The notes: generated by a model not told the origin, from the letters alone. DNA of 64,000 nt from Candidatus Omnitrophota bacterium (GCA_030681595.1 JAUXSB010000012.1:9377-73376), one strand, 5' to 3'. Shown: positions 17,195 through 27,616, counted from the first letter of the stretch. A program made the numbers and translations.

Positions 17195-18739
17195 CTAATT
17201 ATTTTTAAATTCTATGGGTACATCTATCCATATATCGGAAAGCCCGCTTGCCGCAGGAAGTGGTGGGAAAGGCGCTATTGATTTTACAATATTCACGGAC
17301 GCCTCGTCCAGAAGCTCGCTCCCTGAAGTTTTACCTACCAAAACATTTATCAGGCGGCCGTCGGAAAGTATATGCATGCTCAATAAAACTTCACCTTGCG
17401 CGTTATTCCTGCGCGCGATCTCGGGGTAAACGACGGCGGCGCCTATTTTTGCCTGAACACTCCGGATATAATTTAACAATGTTTTCGGAGACGACTGATT
17501 CAAGAGAGATACCTTATCTTTATCCAGGCGGCTAGCCACCGGCTGCGATATAATCCGCGGAGTCAAAGAAACAACGAGCTCTGTGTCGCCATGGGAAAAG
17601 TCCCGGGAACGAAACAATGCCCCCAATATAGGCAGCTCTCCTAGGCCTGCGACTTTACTAACATTAGTCTCATCCTTATTTTTAATTAACCCGGCAAGAA
17701 ATATTGTCTGGTTATCTCTTAAATACAGTTCTGTTTCTGCGCTCCTCGTGGCAAAAGCAGGAATGCTTATTCCCGCGGCAACAACAGCATTAGCCCTGTC
17801 TATTTCACTTACCTCGGTCTTTAGCAATGCCTGGATAAAGCCATTTGGCTTAACTATAGGCTTTATATTCAAAGAAATCCCGTATTTTTTATAAGTTACA
17901 TTGAGGGTGGTCCCTCCGCTGGAAACTGTAGCAGTCAATACCGGGACCTCGCCTCCAACCAGAAAAGTTGCTTCCTTGCCGCTTAGACAGACCAGCTTCG
18001 GCCTTGACAATATGCGGCCTTTGCCTTGGGTCATAATAAGATTAAGCTGGTAGCTGATAGCGCTTCTTTCCCATGTGCGGCTTAATTGAAAAACTTTATA
18101 TAGCTCGTTATCGGTCTCCGGATTTTTCTCTGTCCACTTAAGCCCCGCAGAAGACTTGTCGCCCAAAGCCGTAGTCCAGTCAAATCCCAAATCCTCTAGT
18201 GCGTTCTTGGATATTTCCATAATTTCCACGTCTATCTGAACCAGCTCGCTATACGGCTTAAGCTCCACCATATCTATTGTTTTTTCCTTAAAAACCCCGA
18301 GGATAGAATCTAATTTCTTTTTTTCATCCTCGGTATCCACAGTTCCTAAAAGTATGACTTTGTCTTCTTCGTTACTCAATTTTGAGTACACATCCGGGTA
18401 ACCTAATTCGGCGACTAATTTATCGATTCTTAACTTTACATCACTCAAGCCCTCCGAGACCACCCGGATAGAATACGCCTTTTGGCCGGACTTATCCCAA
18501 ATCACCAACGTAGTCCTACCGGCAGACTTGGCAGTAACCACAACCTCCTTCTCAGACACTTTGGTTACATCTGCCGCCTGCGGATTACTGATTGCCACGC
18601 GGTTAGGAATAAAAACAGGAATTACCTTCATCTGAGTGACTTCTAAAACCAACTCATTGGCGTCTTCCTGGGCAAAACACAACCCTACCATTGCTATCCC
18701 TATAATAATAAATATTGTCAGGATTATATTTTTTTTCAT
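17195..18739 (-). CDS. cpaC: CpaC/RcpA secretin carrying a C-terminal TonB-C-like domain (514 aa)
   Basis: Secretin core (LSRPKLVCLSGKEATFLVGGEVP, GLGELPILGALF). C-terminal VVYPEIARRNNAQGEVLLSMHILSDGRLINVLVGKTSGSELLDEASVNIVK matches the TonB C-terminal fold motif. Confidence 0.8.
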   Translation of the reverse strand: MKKNIILTIFIIIGIAMVGLCFAQEDANELVLEVTQMKVIPVFIPNRVAISNPQAADVTKVSEKEVVVTAKSAGRTTLVIWDKSGQKAYSIRVVSEGLSDVKLRIDKLVAELGYPDVYSKLSNEEDKVILLGTVDTEDEKKKLDSILGVFKEKTIDMVELKPYSELVQIDVEIMEISKNALEDLGFDWTTALGDKSSAGLKWTEKNPETDNELYKVFQLSRTWERSAISYQLNLIMTQGKGRILSRPKLVCLSGKEATFLVGGEVPVLTATVSSGGTTLNVTYKKYGISLNIKPIVKPNGFIQALLKTEVSEIDRANAVVAAGISIPAFATRSAETELYLRDNQTIFLAGLIKNKDETNVSKVAGLGELPILGALFRSRDFSHGDTELVVSLTPRIISQPVASRLDKDKVSLLNQSSPKTLLNYIRSVQAKIGAAVVYPEIARRNNAQGEVLLSMHILSDGRLINVLVGKTSGSELLDEASVNIVKSIAPFPPLPAASGLSDIWIDVPIEFKNN

Positions 18740-18742
18740 TTT

Positions 18743-19732
18743 TTATTTTTGTAACGGTATTACTTCCCGCTGGGTTCCGCGGTATATTTCTACTTCCGGA
18801 GGCGGAGGTAAAGCAGGCTCTTCATCCGTTTCTCCTTGGAACTGAACCCCTTGGGGCTGAATCCCTACCTGAATTCCAGCCGCTGCCTGGCCCTGCTTCT
18901 TCTTTGTCCGTTGTTGCGCCTCAATCTGCTGCTGCATCAGGCGGTGGGCCTCAGGGAATAAATGTATAAACAAAGTATCCCAGTTTGCGGGCTGGATTGC
19001 CGGGATATCTGAATCTGCCGGTGAGCGCAGGACAAACCGCAGCTTTCCCTGTTCCTGCACAAATGCAAGCATTGTCGCTTCCTGTAAAGAAAGAGCGACG
19101 GTAATCGTGTTAGCGCTGGCCCTCTCGCTTTCCGCCCGCCCTGTCTTATCCTTACCTGTAGCTGTAGGTCCTGTGCCTAAATCCACGCCTACCGCCAAAA
19201 CTAAAACTTTTTGGAATAGAGGGACAGTAGCATACTGGGTAACCTGCTTATCTTCTACCTGGGTGATCTGAGGAACTACGCCCAAAATATCCACATAATC
19301 GCCGGGCTTAATCATTCCTCCTACTGAAGAAATGCTGTCTACGGGGAGAGTGATCGCGCGCTTACCGGGCGGAGTCCGGTAGGCCAAAGAAGTAAACTCC
19401 TGAACATTAGAAGCAACCTTATTAAGCAGGATTTGTTCGCCTTTAGAAAAAGGAGCTAAGGAAAATTTTCCGACTATCCGGTCAAGGGAATTGGTGGCGC
19501 GGGGCTGAACGGATTTACCGGGTATCCTCTCGAGGCTAACCATCCGCTCCTCGATAACGACGCCCTTTTCAATTTCATCCCTTGCCACCACAACTTCTTC
19601 GGGCTTGCCTTCTTTTAAGATGCGCGCCCGCTCGGCAACTTCTTTCTCTCTCTGAGAAAGATAAGAATTACCGAATACCATCGCAACTAAACCTATAATT
19701 GCCGCGATAATGATAGGAAGTCTTTTCTGCAT
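18743..19732 (-). CDS. cpaB: CpaB/RcpC-like Flp pilus assembly protein (SAF domain)
   Basis: N-terminal transmembrane helix MQKRLPIIIAAIIGLVAMVF, a central SAF-like region and a Pro-rich tail. Confidence 0.7.
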   Translation of the reverse strand: MQKRLPIIIAAIIGLVAMVFGNSYLSQREKEVAERARILKEGKPEEVVVARDEIEKGVVIEERMVSLERIPGKSVQPRATNSLDRIVGKFSLAPFSKGEQILLNKVASNVQEFTSLAYRTPPGKRAITLPVDSISSVGGMIKPGDYVDILGVVPQITQVEDKQVTQYATVPLFQKVLVLAVGVDLGTGPTATGKDKTGRAESERASANTITVALSLQEATMLAFVQEQGKLRFVLRSPADSDIPAIQPANWDTLFIHLFPEAHRLMQQQIEAQQRTKKKQGQAAAGIQVGIQPQGVQFQGETDEEPALPPPPEVEIYRGTQREVIPLQK

Positions 19733-19735
19733 TAC

Positions 19736-20674
19736 CTATTTAATCTCGCTGGTTTGGATATCTATTTTCGCCTCCCGCATCAGCTTGCCGACTAAGGCAT
19801 CTATGGCTTCTTTTTGCTTATCCTGCTCCAGCTTTGCCTTAATATTATCCCAGAGTTCAGATAGAGGTTTTTCTTTACCGCCTTTTTTCTCTTCTACTTT
19901 GACGATATAATAATCATTGGCGTTGGGGTCTTTAAGTACCTGGCTGACTCCGCCTACATCCAAAGAATAAATCGCAATATCAAACTGGGGAAATTTTGTC
20001 CCCGGGATAATAAACCCTAAATCGCCGCCGTTAGATGCGCTTTTATCAACAGAATGTTTCTTGGCCGCTTCGCCAAAATCGGTTCCCTGTAAAACTTCAA
20101 TAAGCGCGGCCTTTGCCTGTGATTCGCTCTTAGTCATAATCATCCGCACACGCCTTTCTTCCGCCTCGCGCATTAAATTTTTATTGTTATTATAGTAACT
20201 CTCTATGTCGGTAGATGTTACTTTTATACTCTCCACTTCTTCCTTAATCAGGCTGGCGACTAACAGGCTCATATTAAATTCACCTACGGCTTTCTTTACA
20301 TCATCTTTTTTGTCTAAACCCTTATCCAGCGCCTCCTGATAAAGCAGCCTCTGCCTGACTAAATCATTTTTTAACAGCTCTATCTTTTGCTCGGTCGTCT
20401 CTATCTTTTTTATGCCGATATCTTCCTCGGGATACATTTCTTTTAAGTCATCAATTTGCTTATTATAATTTTTAACATAGCTGTCTAATTCCTCGAGGCT
20501 GATTACCATATCGTTAACCTTAGCAATAATCTTGCCTTCGGGGACAAAATATTCTCTTTTTTTAGAAGACGCCTGATTTTTATTTAATAATTTATTGATG
20601 CTATCGCAACCGGTAACCAAAAAAACTGCCGCGATTATTACCCCTAAGATTTTAACTGCGTCCTTCTTGTGCAT
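19736..20674 (-). CDS. PrsA/SurA-like parvulin peptidyl-prolyl isomerase; lipoprotein
   Basis: Lipobox LVTGC. Parvulin domain GDLGFIIPGTKFPQFDIAIYSLDVGGVS. A strong AAAGGAGGG ribosome-binding site precedes the Met at 20674; the ORF track starts at an upstream ATG (20722). Confidence 0.75.
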   Translation of the reverse strand: MHKKDAVKILGVIIAAVFLVTGCDSINKLLNKNQASSKKREYFVPEGKIIAKVNDMVISLEELDSYVKNYNKQIDDLKEMYPEEDIGIKKIETTEQKIELLKNDLVRQRLLYQEALDKGLDKKDDVKKAVGEFNMSLLVASLIKEEVESIKVTSTDIESYYNNNKNLMREAEERRVRMIMTKSESQAKAALIEVLQGTDFGEAAKKHSVDKSASNGGDLGFIIPGTKFPQFDIAIYSLDVGGVSQVLKDPNANDYYIVKVEEKKGGKEKPLSELWDNIKAKLEQDKQKEAIDALVGKLMREAKIDIQTSEIK

Positions 20675-20754
20675 CTTTCCCTCCTTTATGTTATATTTAC
20701 CCTTCTTATTCTTGTAACACAAAATATATTATAAATCAAGTAAATTTTGAAAAG

Positions 20755-20829
20755 TAGCCCCAACCGGATTTGAACCGGTGTTTAAAGGCTGAGAACCTTC
20801 CGTCCTAGACCAGGCTAGACCATGGGGCC
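20755..20829 (-). tRNA. tRNA-Glu (anticodon CUC)
   Basis: Cloverleaf folded by hand: acceptor GGCCCCA/TGGGGCT, anticodon loop TTCTCAG, T-loop TTCAAAT. Confidence 0.6.
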
Positions 20830-21010
20830 ATACATAAAATTAGAAAGTAAAAATGAAAAACTGTGTTTAATATAATAGCATAATTCTTATCCGGGTCAAT
20901 AAATTTAATTGACCGCACCGGCGGTTGTGATATTATGGTAACAGAAATATATCGCCGCTAAAAACAGGATTAACAATATTTAGGTTATCTTTCGGCTTTT
21001 ATTACAAGTT

Positions 21011-22210
21011 ATGGCTATTTTGGTAGGAATAGGGTTAAGCAAGAACAGGGATTCTTATCTTGCGGGAAAAGAAGCGGCGCATTCAGCCAAACAAAAAATA
21101 GATTCAAAAAATATTTCTCTTGCCTTTGTTTTTGCTACCACGCACTTTAAGCTGGAGCAATTATTGGCGGGGATAAAAGAAGTATTAGGCAACACCCCTG
21201 TTGTCGGTTCAAGCGGCGTGGGCATAATTACACCTTCAGGCATAGATTCAACCGCAGCTACGGTAATGCTGATAAGCTCCACAAAAGTAAAATTTGCTAT
21301 AGCCAAAGAAACCGATTTAGATAAAAAAGACCTGCGTATCGCCGGACAGAAATTAGCCAAGGCGGCTTTACAAAATCTCGGCGCCGCCCAGCGTGAAGTT
21401 TTTATCCTATTTCTTGACGGATTAATCAAAAACGGCTCAAGCCTCATCTCCGGGATAAAAGAAACTCTCGGTATAAGCTTCCCTCTGATAGGCGGCTCAT
21501 CCGGAGACGATTTAAAATTCACCAAAACCTACCAGTTCTTCCGGGATGAATGCCTGACCAATAGCGCGGTAGCAACGCTTATAGGCGGAGACGCAACTGT
21601 CAGAATAGGCATACGGCACGGCTGGAAACCACTGGGAAAACCCCGGACCGTTACAAGCTCAGCAGGCAATATTATTAAAACTATAGACGATAAACCTGCG
21701 CTAAGCCTCTACGAAGAATATTTCGGTAAAAATAACCCTGACATCAGAAGCGGCAAGCTTATGCACATTTCTGTCCGTTACCCGCTGGGGATATACCTAG
21801 AAGGCGAAGAAGAATATCTTTTACGCAACGCTCTTTGGTCGGATAAAGACGGCTCTTTAATCTGCCAAGGCGATGTCCCGCAGGGGGCAACGCTTAAATT
21901 AATGATGGGCACTAAAGAATCCGCCTTAAAAGCCGCGGCTTTGGCCGCGGAAACGATTAAAGAAATGTCAAAGAAGCACCAACCGCTTAAATTCGCCCTG
22001 ATATTCGATTCCTTCTCCCGCAACAGGCTCTTAGGCAGAAATGCCCAAGACGAGATCGAATTAGTTAAAAATATTTTGGGCAATGACATTCCTTTTATAG
22101 GTTTTTATAGCTATGGGGAACAGGCGCCGTTAAGTTCTTTGGACTACCGGGGGCAGGCGCATTTTCATAATGAATCCATCGCTATTTTAGGGGTAGGAGA
22201 ACAGCAATGA
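21011..22210 (+). CDS. FIST-domain sensory protein (399 aa)
   Basis: FIST_N-like VFATTHFKLEQLLAGIKEVLGNTPVVGSSGVGIITP plus a FIST_C-like half. Translationally coupled to the downstream histidine kinase. Confidence 0.6.
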   Translation: MAILVGIGLSKNRDSYLAGKEAAHSAKQKIDSKNISLAFVFATTHFKLEQLLAGIKEVLGNTPVVGSSGVGIITPSGIDSTAATVMLISSTKVKFAIAKETDLDKKDLRIAGQKLAKAALQNLGAAQREVFILFLDGLIKNGSSLISGIKETLGISFPLIGGSSGDDLKFTKTYQFFRDECLTNSAVATLIGGDATVRIGIRHGWKPLGKPRTVTSSAGNIIKTIDDKPALSLYEEYFGKNNPDIRSGKLMHISVRYPLGIYLEGEEEYLLRNALWSDKDGSLICQGDVPQGATLKLMMGTKESALKAAALAAETIKEMSKKHQPLKFALIFDSFSRNRLLGRNAQDEIELVKNILGNDIPFIGFYSYGEQAPLSSLDYRGQAHFHNESIAILGVGEQQ

Positions 22211-23724
22211 TGAATATAAATACCGACTTCATCTTTAACCTTCTCGGCTTATCTGCTTTTATCGCCGCATTCTCTTTGGGATTTGTACTGATGCTTAAGA
22301 TGGAGGAAATTAAAAGGCTGAAATTAGTCCTCGATAAGCTTAAGAAATCTTTTGACGAATTAGACGATCAGGCAAAATTAATTGTCAAAACTGACCTTGA
22401 GCTGAATAAAACCCAGGAAGAGTTGGATAAAAAAATTTCCGGCTTATACACGCTTCAGCGGCTTTCGCGCGCCATCAGCACCACCTTAGATGAAAACCAG
22501 CTATTTGAACGCATCGAAGAATCTCTGATTATAGAATTAGGGTTTGAAAAAGCCTTGGCATTTTCATTTGAGAAAACAGAGAACGGCGCTTTAGGGCTAG
22601 TGACAAAAATGCAGGCCGGATACTCCGCTGAAGAGGTAGAAAAAGCAAGGACCAGCCTGGAGAAAGAAGATATCCTTAGCGCAATCCTTAAGAAGAACGC
22701 CCCCTTCTCTTCGCTTACCGCGGCGTCGGGAAAATTAAAGCATGCTATGGAAACCATAAAAAGCGCCTGTTTATTAAACTCCTTTATCAGCTCTCCTGTC
22801 TCATCCAAAGACGGCCCTTACGGTTTAATTATCATGGGTAATGAATCCGCTCTTTCTGTGCTTACCGAGGGAGACGAAGAGATAGTAAGCATCCTGGCAA
22901 CCCAGCTCGGCCAATCTATAGAAAACGCCAAGCTTTTTGAACAGACCTTCCGTTCGCATCAGGAACTGGAACGCCGCGTTACGGAAAGAACCAAAGAATT
23001 AACGGCGGCGCTGGAAGAAATTAAACAAACCAGTAAACGTAAGTCGGAATTTGTCTCGGCAGTATCGCATGAATTAAGAACCCCCCTTACTTCGATTAAA
23101 GGATACGCCTCAATTCTTGCTACCGGAAAATTAGGCGAAATACCTCCGGCGGTAAAAGAAAGAATAGAAAAAATCCACCTGCATTCCAATGAGCTTACCA
23201 ATTTAATCAATAATATGCTGGATATCTCGCGTATTGAATCCGGCAGAGTTGAAATGAAGCTTTTGCCGCAGAGTTTAACGGAGATTACCGCAAAAATAGT
23301 TGATCTGCTTACGCCACAGATGAAAGAAAAACAGATCCAATGCACAACGCGCCTGCCTAAAGTTTTAAAGACGGCGTTAATAGATACGACTCAGATTGAA
23401 CGGGTGTTTATCAATTTAATCAGCAACGCCATAAAATATTCGCCCGAGGGCGCAAAAATAACTGTCTCGGCAGAAGAAACCGCCGACAATTTTATCCGCG
23501 TCGATGTAGCGGATACGGGTTACGGCATACCGCAGGCAGATTTGGGGAAAATATTTCAGGAATTCTACCGCGTGGATACGGCAATTACCAAAGGGATTAA
23601 AGGCACGGGCTTAGGCTTAAGTTTAGTAAAATATATTATAGAAGCGCATAAAGGTACAATCTGGGTAAACAGCAAAGAGAATTCCGGCAGCACATTTAGT
23701 TTTACTCTGCCTATAGCAGCCTAA
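22207..23724 (+). CDS. Sensor histidine kinase (TM, GAF-like, HisKA, HATPase_c)
   Basis: H-box FVSAVSHELRTPLTSIKGY. N/G-boxes INLISNAIKYSP and GTGLGLSLV. Confidence 0.85.
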   Translation: MMNINTDFIFNLLGLSAFIAAFSLGFVLMLKMEEIKRLKLVLDKLKKSFDELDDQAKLIVKTDLELNKTQEELDKKISGLYTLQRLSRAISTTLDENQLFERIEESLIIELGFEKALAFSFEKTENGALGLVTKMQAGYSAEEVEKARTSLEKEDILSAILKKNAPFSSLTAASGKLKHAMETIKSACLLNSFISSPVSSKDGPYGLIIMGNESALSVLTEGDEEIVSILATQLGQSIENAKLFEQTFRSHQELERRVTERTKELTAALEEIKQTSKRKSEFVSAVSHELRTPLTSIKGYASILATGKLGEIPPAVKERIEKIHLHSNELTNLINNMLDISRIESGRVEMKLLPQSLTEITAKIVDLLTPQMKEKQIQCTTRLPKVLKTALIDTTQIERVFINLISNAIKYSPEGAKITVSAEETADNFIRVDVADTGYGIPQADLGKIFQEFYRVDTAITKGIKGTGLGLSLVKYIIEAHKGTIWVNSKENSGSTFSFTLPIAA

Positions 23725-23729
23725 ACTAT

Positions 23730-23815
23730 CAAGCCAGAGGGCAGTGGTTTGGCGCGCAATTTGCCAAAGCCACAAGCCAGAGGGCAGTGGTTTGGCGCGC
23801 AATTTGCCAAAGCCA
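23730..23815. repeat. Rep-A: two identical tandem 43-bp units (CAAGCCAGAGGGCAGTGGTTTGGCGCGCAATTTGCCAAAGCCA)
   Basis: Read directly, between the kinase and the response-regulator gene. Confidence 0.85.
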
Positions 23816-23832
23816 CAAAGAAAGGTTAAATC

Positions 23833-24774
23833 ATGCGTAAAGTTAGGATGTTAATCGTAGACGATGACCCGGATATCCGGGATGTGCTAAATATCACTCT
23901 TTCGGCGGAAGGCTACGAAGTAATTGAGGCCTCCGACGGAGAAGAGGCATTGAAACTAGTTAATGAAAAATCTCCCAATATGGTAATTTTAGATTACATG
24001 ATGCCTAAAATAGACGGCAGGGAAGTCTGCCGGCGGATAAAAAGTGATATTCTGCTGGCGCATTTGCCGGTACTTATGCTCACCGGAAAGGGCGAAGTCG
24101 CGGATAAAGTCGGCGGCATTGAAGCCGGCGCTGATGACTACGTAGTAAAACCTTTTGAGCCGCAGGAACTGCTTGCCCGTATAAAGATGATCCTACGCCG
24201 CACAGAACGCGACTTAGAGGCAAACCCCTTAACCCGGCTTCCAGGAAACATTGCCATACTTAACGAATTGCAGGCGCGCATAGATTCGGGGGCATATTTC
24301 GCCGTCTGCTATATTGATCTGGATAAATTCAAATCCTATAATGACAAATACGGCTTTGAACACGGCGATAGCGTGATTAAAGAAACTGCGCGTATCCTTA
24401 TCAAGACAGTCAAAGGATTCGGAGAAAAACTTGACTTTGTCGGGCATATCGGCGGCGACGACTTCGTTGTTATCACAACTTGCGAAAATTGCGAAAAAAT
24501 TTCACAAAAAATCATTGACGATTTTAATACTTCCCTGCCGAAATTTTATACCGACAAGGACCGCCATGCCGGATTTATTATCGCGCCTAACCGTCAAGGC
24601 GTAACCCAAAAAATTCCGCTTCTTTCCCTATCTATCGGGATTGTTACCAACCAGAACCAAAAAATCACCCATGTCGCCCAGGTTGGCGAGATCGGAGCCG
24701 AACTAAAATCCTACGCCAAGAGCTTAGACGGCTCCAAATACGTAAAAGATAAACGTCAACCCAAACAAGCCTAA
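23833..24774 (+). CDS. Response regulator: REC domain plus a GGDEF-family domain with the variant motif GGDDF
   Basis: REC: MLIVDDDPDIRD...MPKIDG...VLMLTGKGE. GGDEF-like: LTRLPGNIAILNELQ...LDKFKSYNDKYGFEHGD...HIGGDDFVV. Confidence 0.75.
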   Translation: MRKVRMLIVDDDPDIRDVLNITLSAEGYEVIEASDGEEALKLVNEKSPNMVILDYMMPKIDGREVCRRIKSDILLAHLPVLMLTGKGEVADKVGGIEAGADDYVVKPFEPQELLARIKMILRRTERDLEANPLTRLPGNIAILNELQARIDSGAYFAVCYIDLDKFKSYNDKYGFEHGDSVIKETARILIKTVKGFGEKLDFVGHIGGDDFVVITTCENCEKISQKIIDDFNTSLPKFYTDKDRHAGFIIAPNRQGVTQKIPLLSLSIGIVTNQNQKITHVAQVGEIGAELKSYAKSLDGSKYVKDKRQPKQA

Positions 24775-24784
24775 AAAGCATAGC

Positions 24785-27616
24785 TTAGTTAAATATTTCT
24801 TTTAAGGTTTCTACCGCGGTGGGTACGATGCCAAGTTTTGGCTTCTCTATTGTCCCTGTAAGTTTTACGGTGGTGAACTGATTTACTTTGCCTATTGCCG
24901 AGGATAAAATCTGCATTAAACTTGAAGAATCGCGCGCTACTTCCGGGTTAAATTCCGACTTGATGATATAATCAAGATTACCCCGGAAGTCCATCTTGCC
25001 GTAACAAAAAAGGTTTACCTGCCGGCTTTTCAATACTGCCTCGTCGCTAAATATGCCGCCGTCTTCAATTGTTAAATCCGCCTCGGCCTCGCCAAATACA
25101 ATTTTCTCAAATGAAGGGATAAACAAAAACTGCCCCAATTTTTTAAACGGCGCAAATTCCCAAAGGTCGCCCTCTTTTACCGAAATAAGGCCCTTGCCAA
25201 GAAAGCTCTTTGTGTTAAACCCGTAGCCCTTTAAATTTAAGCTTACGCTTAATAATCCCGAAATGTCCTTATCTTTTAACTCCGTATCCAATTTTAATTT
25301 GGCAAGGTCCACATTCCCCGCTTCAAACTTAAGGTTAAATTCCGGATCAGGATATGCCAAATCTGCCTCTGCAATTAAATCAATTTTACCGCCATAGGCG
25401 GCTGAAGTAAGCCTGAGTTCCGATACGCGCCTGTTTTTCTGCGCCATATTCAGCTTGAAGTTTTCAAATCTAAGCTGTTGTTTGCCCATTATATAAACGG
25501 TAATAGCCTCGGATTCCAAAGCCGCATTTAAAACCATAGCCTTTGGGTCATTCAATTTTCCTCCGGCGGATAAATTTATATCACAGAAGCCATTAAAATT
25601 CACTTTATCCAATACGGCTAAATATCCGGGAAAATAGTCGGAAAATATTTTCTTGAGGTCTTGCAAAGAAAACTTAATATCGGCATCAATATCCACCTGC
25701 GGGGTAACTTCAGAAAGGACAGCACTACCGGAGGCATCAAACTCCGAATTCAGGTATTTGCCTTCGAACTCTTTTATTGTTAAAGTATGGCCCATAAGCT
25801 TCCCGGAGGCTTTTATTTTTAATTCATCCGATGCTAAATCAAGCCTTATATTGGGAGAGGCAAAATCCGAAATCCCTCCGGAAGAATTATATTTTATCTT
25901 TTTAAATTCTGCCGTAACAGCCTTCCACTCAACAGTATTATTATCAAAGTTCACCTTTCCGGATATGGCGCTGATTTCATCTTTTATTTCAGGCAAGGAT
26001 AACTTATTATCCTTTAGTGCTACCTCCCCTTTTATTTTTAAAGTTTCAGGCGCAAAAACGTCCATATTTACCGCTAAGGCTAAAGCGGCATTGCCTTGCG
26101 GCGCAACCGTCAATTTGGTAAGTTTATTCTTTATTAAAAAGCCATTAATTTTTTCAAGTGCGACACTTTCTGAATTTATCCTGGCTGTTAATTGCGGGGC
26201 ATTGAAATTAGACAGGCTGCCAGCGATGACAAAACCTCCTCCTAAAACCGTTGCCTTAAGATTAGCTGTTTCGATTTTATCTTTAGAAAAAGTAAGTATG
26301 CCGGATATGGCGCTGACTGCCTCATTGTTGAAATCCAATAAACTCACTTTATCATTATTTAACACGGCCTGGCCTTCTATGCGCAAGCTTTTCGCATCTT
26401 TAACCCGCATATCTATATTTAAATCAAACTTAAGCGGCCCTGCTGCGCTAAGCGGCAATTTAATAATTTTATTCTCTGCTAATAAGGCCTCTAATTTTTC
26501 CAAGAGGACACTTTCTGTCGCGATTCTTAAGTTTATGCGCGGGTCGCTAAAATCATAAATTGTGCCGCTTAGGTTAAATAAAGAACCTAGGGTATTGGCT
26601 TTAAAATCAAACAGCTCCGCTTTGTCCGCGGCAAAAGAAATCCTCCCCGAGAGGCCTTCTGCCTGCTTAATATAAGGCAGGCCGAACAAACTTATTTTAT
26701 CAAACACTAAGTTGCCGGAATAATCCGGAAACGTTTTTGCCTTAATATCGTAAGAGGCTGTACCGCTGATAGTTGCGCTTCCGAATATGCCAAGCCCATC
26801 TTTTTCTGCGGCTAAATCGCTTAAGCCTGCCTTAAACGAGGCCTTAAGCAGTTCGCCTTTAAATATTAAATCGCCGTCTAATTTTTGGAGAACGCCTTTT
26901 TTAAGGCTAAAAGGGATATCTTTATAATATGCCGCAATACCGGTTAAATTTAAATTCTCTAACTTTACTGCTACGGAGCTTAGGCGTTTTTTGCTTAAAT
27001 CAAAATCGCCCTTTAACTCTAAAATGATAGGCGATTTATCAGGATTTATTAAGTTTGCCGAGAGGGAATATTTTACGCTTTTGGGCAGAGAAAATGACAA
27101 GGCTATATTTAACAAGACGCTTTGGGAATAATTAGGTTTGACTGCCTCGTCGGAAAAATTAATTCTGGCGTTTTTAATATTTATTCTGTAAATAAGAAAT
27201 GAAAAGCCTCTAGTGGTTTCTCCTTCCTTTTGTTTTAAAAAAGGGATGTTTAAAGCCTTATCGGCAAGCCTATTAAGATTCACTTCGGGCGAGTAAATGT
27301 TTACGAATGGGATGACAATTTGTTTCTGCTTTATCAATGGTAAAATCAACCAGCCGATAGAAATCTCGCTGACTTTTAAGAATGGCGGCTCTGCCTCCGG
27401 AGCATCTGCGGCTATAGTCAAACCCTCTAAAACCACGCCTTTTAGGATATTAAGTTTCACTGAACCAAGGGTAACCTTGCGGCCGGTGCTTGCCTCAATA
27501 CTCTCGATAATCATAGCCTTTGCCTTGATCGGAAGGTATATTTTAGCTAAATATACCGCGGATACGGCAATAATCAAAACCAAGATAACAAAAACCGCCA
27601 AAATTTTCTTTACCAT
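24785..27616 (-). CDS. AsmA/TamB-family large membrane-anchored protein (about 943 aa)
   Basis: N-terminal transmembrane anchor, long beta-rich repetitive body, TamB/DUF490-like C-terminus. The ORF track starts at 27661; a Met at 27616 is the more likely start. Confidence 0.55.
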   Translation of the reverse strand: MVKKILAVFVILVLIIAVSAVYLAKIYLPIKAKAMIIESIEASTGRKVTLGSVKLNILKGVVLEGLTIAADAPEAEPPFLKVSEISIGWLILPLIKQKQIVIPFVNIYSPEVNLNRLADKALNIPFLKQKEGETTRGFSFLIYRINIKNARINFSDEAVKPNYSQSVLLNIALSFSLPKSVKYSLSANLINPDKSPIILELKGDFDLSKKRLSSVAVKLENLNLTGIAAYYKDIPFSLKKGVLQKLDGDLIFKGELLKASFKAGLSDLAAEKDGLGIFGSATISGTASYDIKAKTFPDYSGNLVFDKISLFGLPYIKQAEGLSGRISFAADKAELFDFKANTLGSLFNLSGTIYDFSDPRINLRIATESVLLEKLEALLAENKIIKLPLSAAGPLKFDLNIDMRVKDAKSLRIEGQAVLNNDKVSLLDFNNEAVSAISGILTFSKDKIETANLKATVLGGGFVIAGSLSNFNAPQLTARINSESVALEKINGFLIKNKLTKLTVAPQGNAALALAVNMDVFAPETLKIKGEVALKDNKLSLPEIKDEISAISGKVNFDNNTVEWKAVTAEFKKIKYNSSGGISDFASPNIRLDLASDELKIKASGKLMGHTLTIKEFEGKYLNSEFDASGSAVLSEVTPQVDIDADIKFSLQDLKKIFSDYFPGYLAVLDKVNFNGFCDINLSAGGKLNDPKAMVLNAALESEAITVYIMGKQQLRFENFKLNMAQKNRRVSELRLTSAAYGGKIDLIAEADLAYPDPEFNLKFEAGNVDLAKLKLDTELKDKDISGLLSVSLNLKGYGFNTKSFLGKGLISVKEGDLWEFAPFKKLGQFLFIPSFEKIVFGEAEADLTIEDGGIFSDEAVLKSRQVNLFCYGKMDFRGNLDYIIKSEFNPEVARDSSSLMQILSSAIGKVNQFTTVKLTGTIEKPKLGIVPTAVETLKEIFN

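Noticed and set aside
25653-26558. Plus-strand 301-aa ORF antisense to the AsmA/TamB-like gene.
   Set aside because: Ser/Leu/Ala-rich antisense artefact of a repetitive gene. No ribosome-binding site and no motifs.
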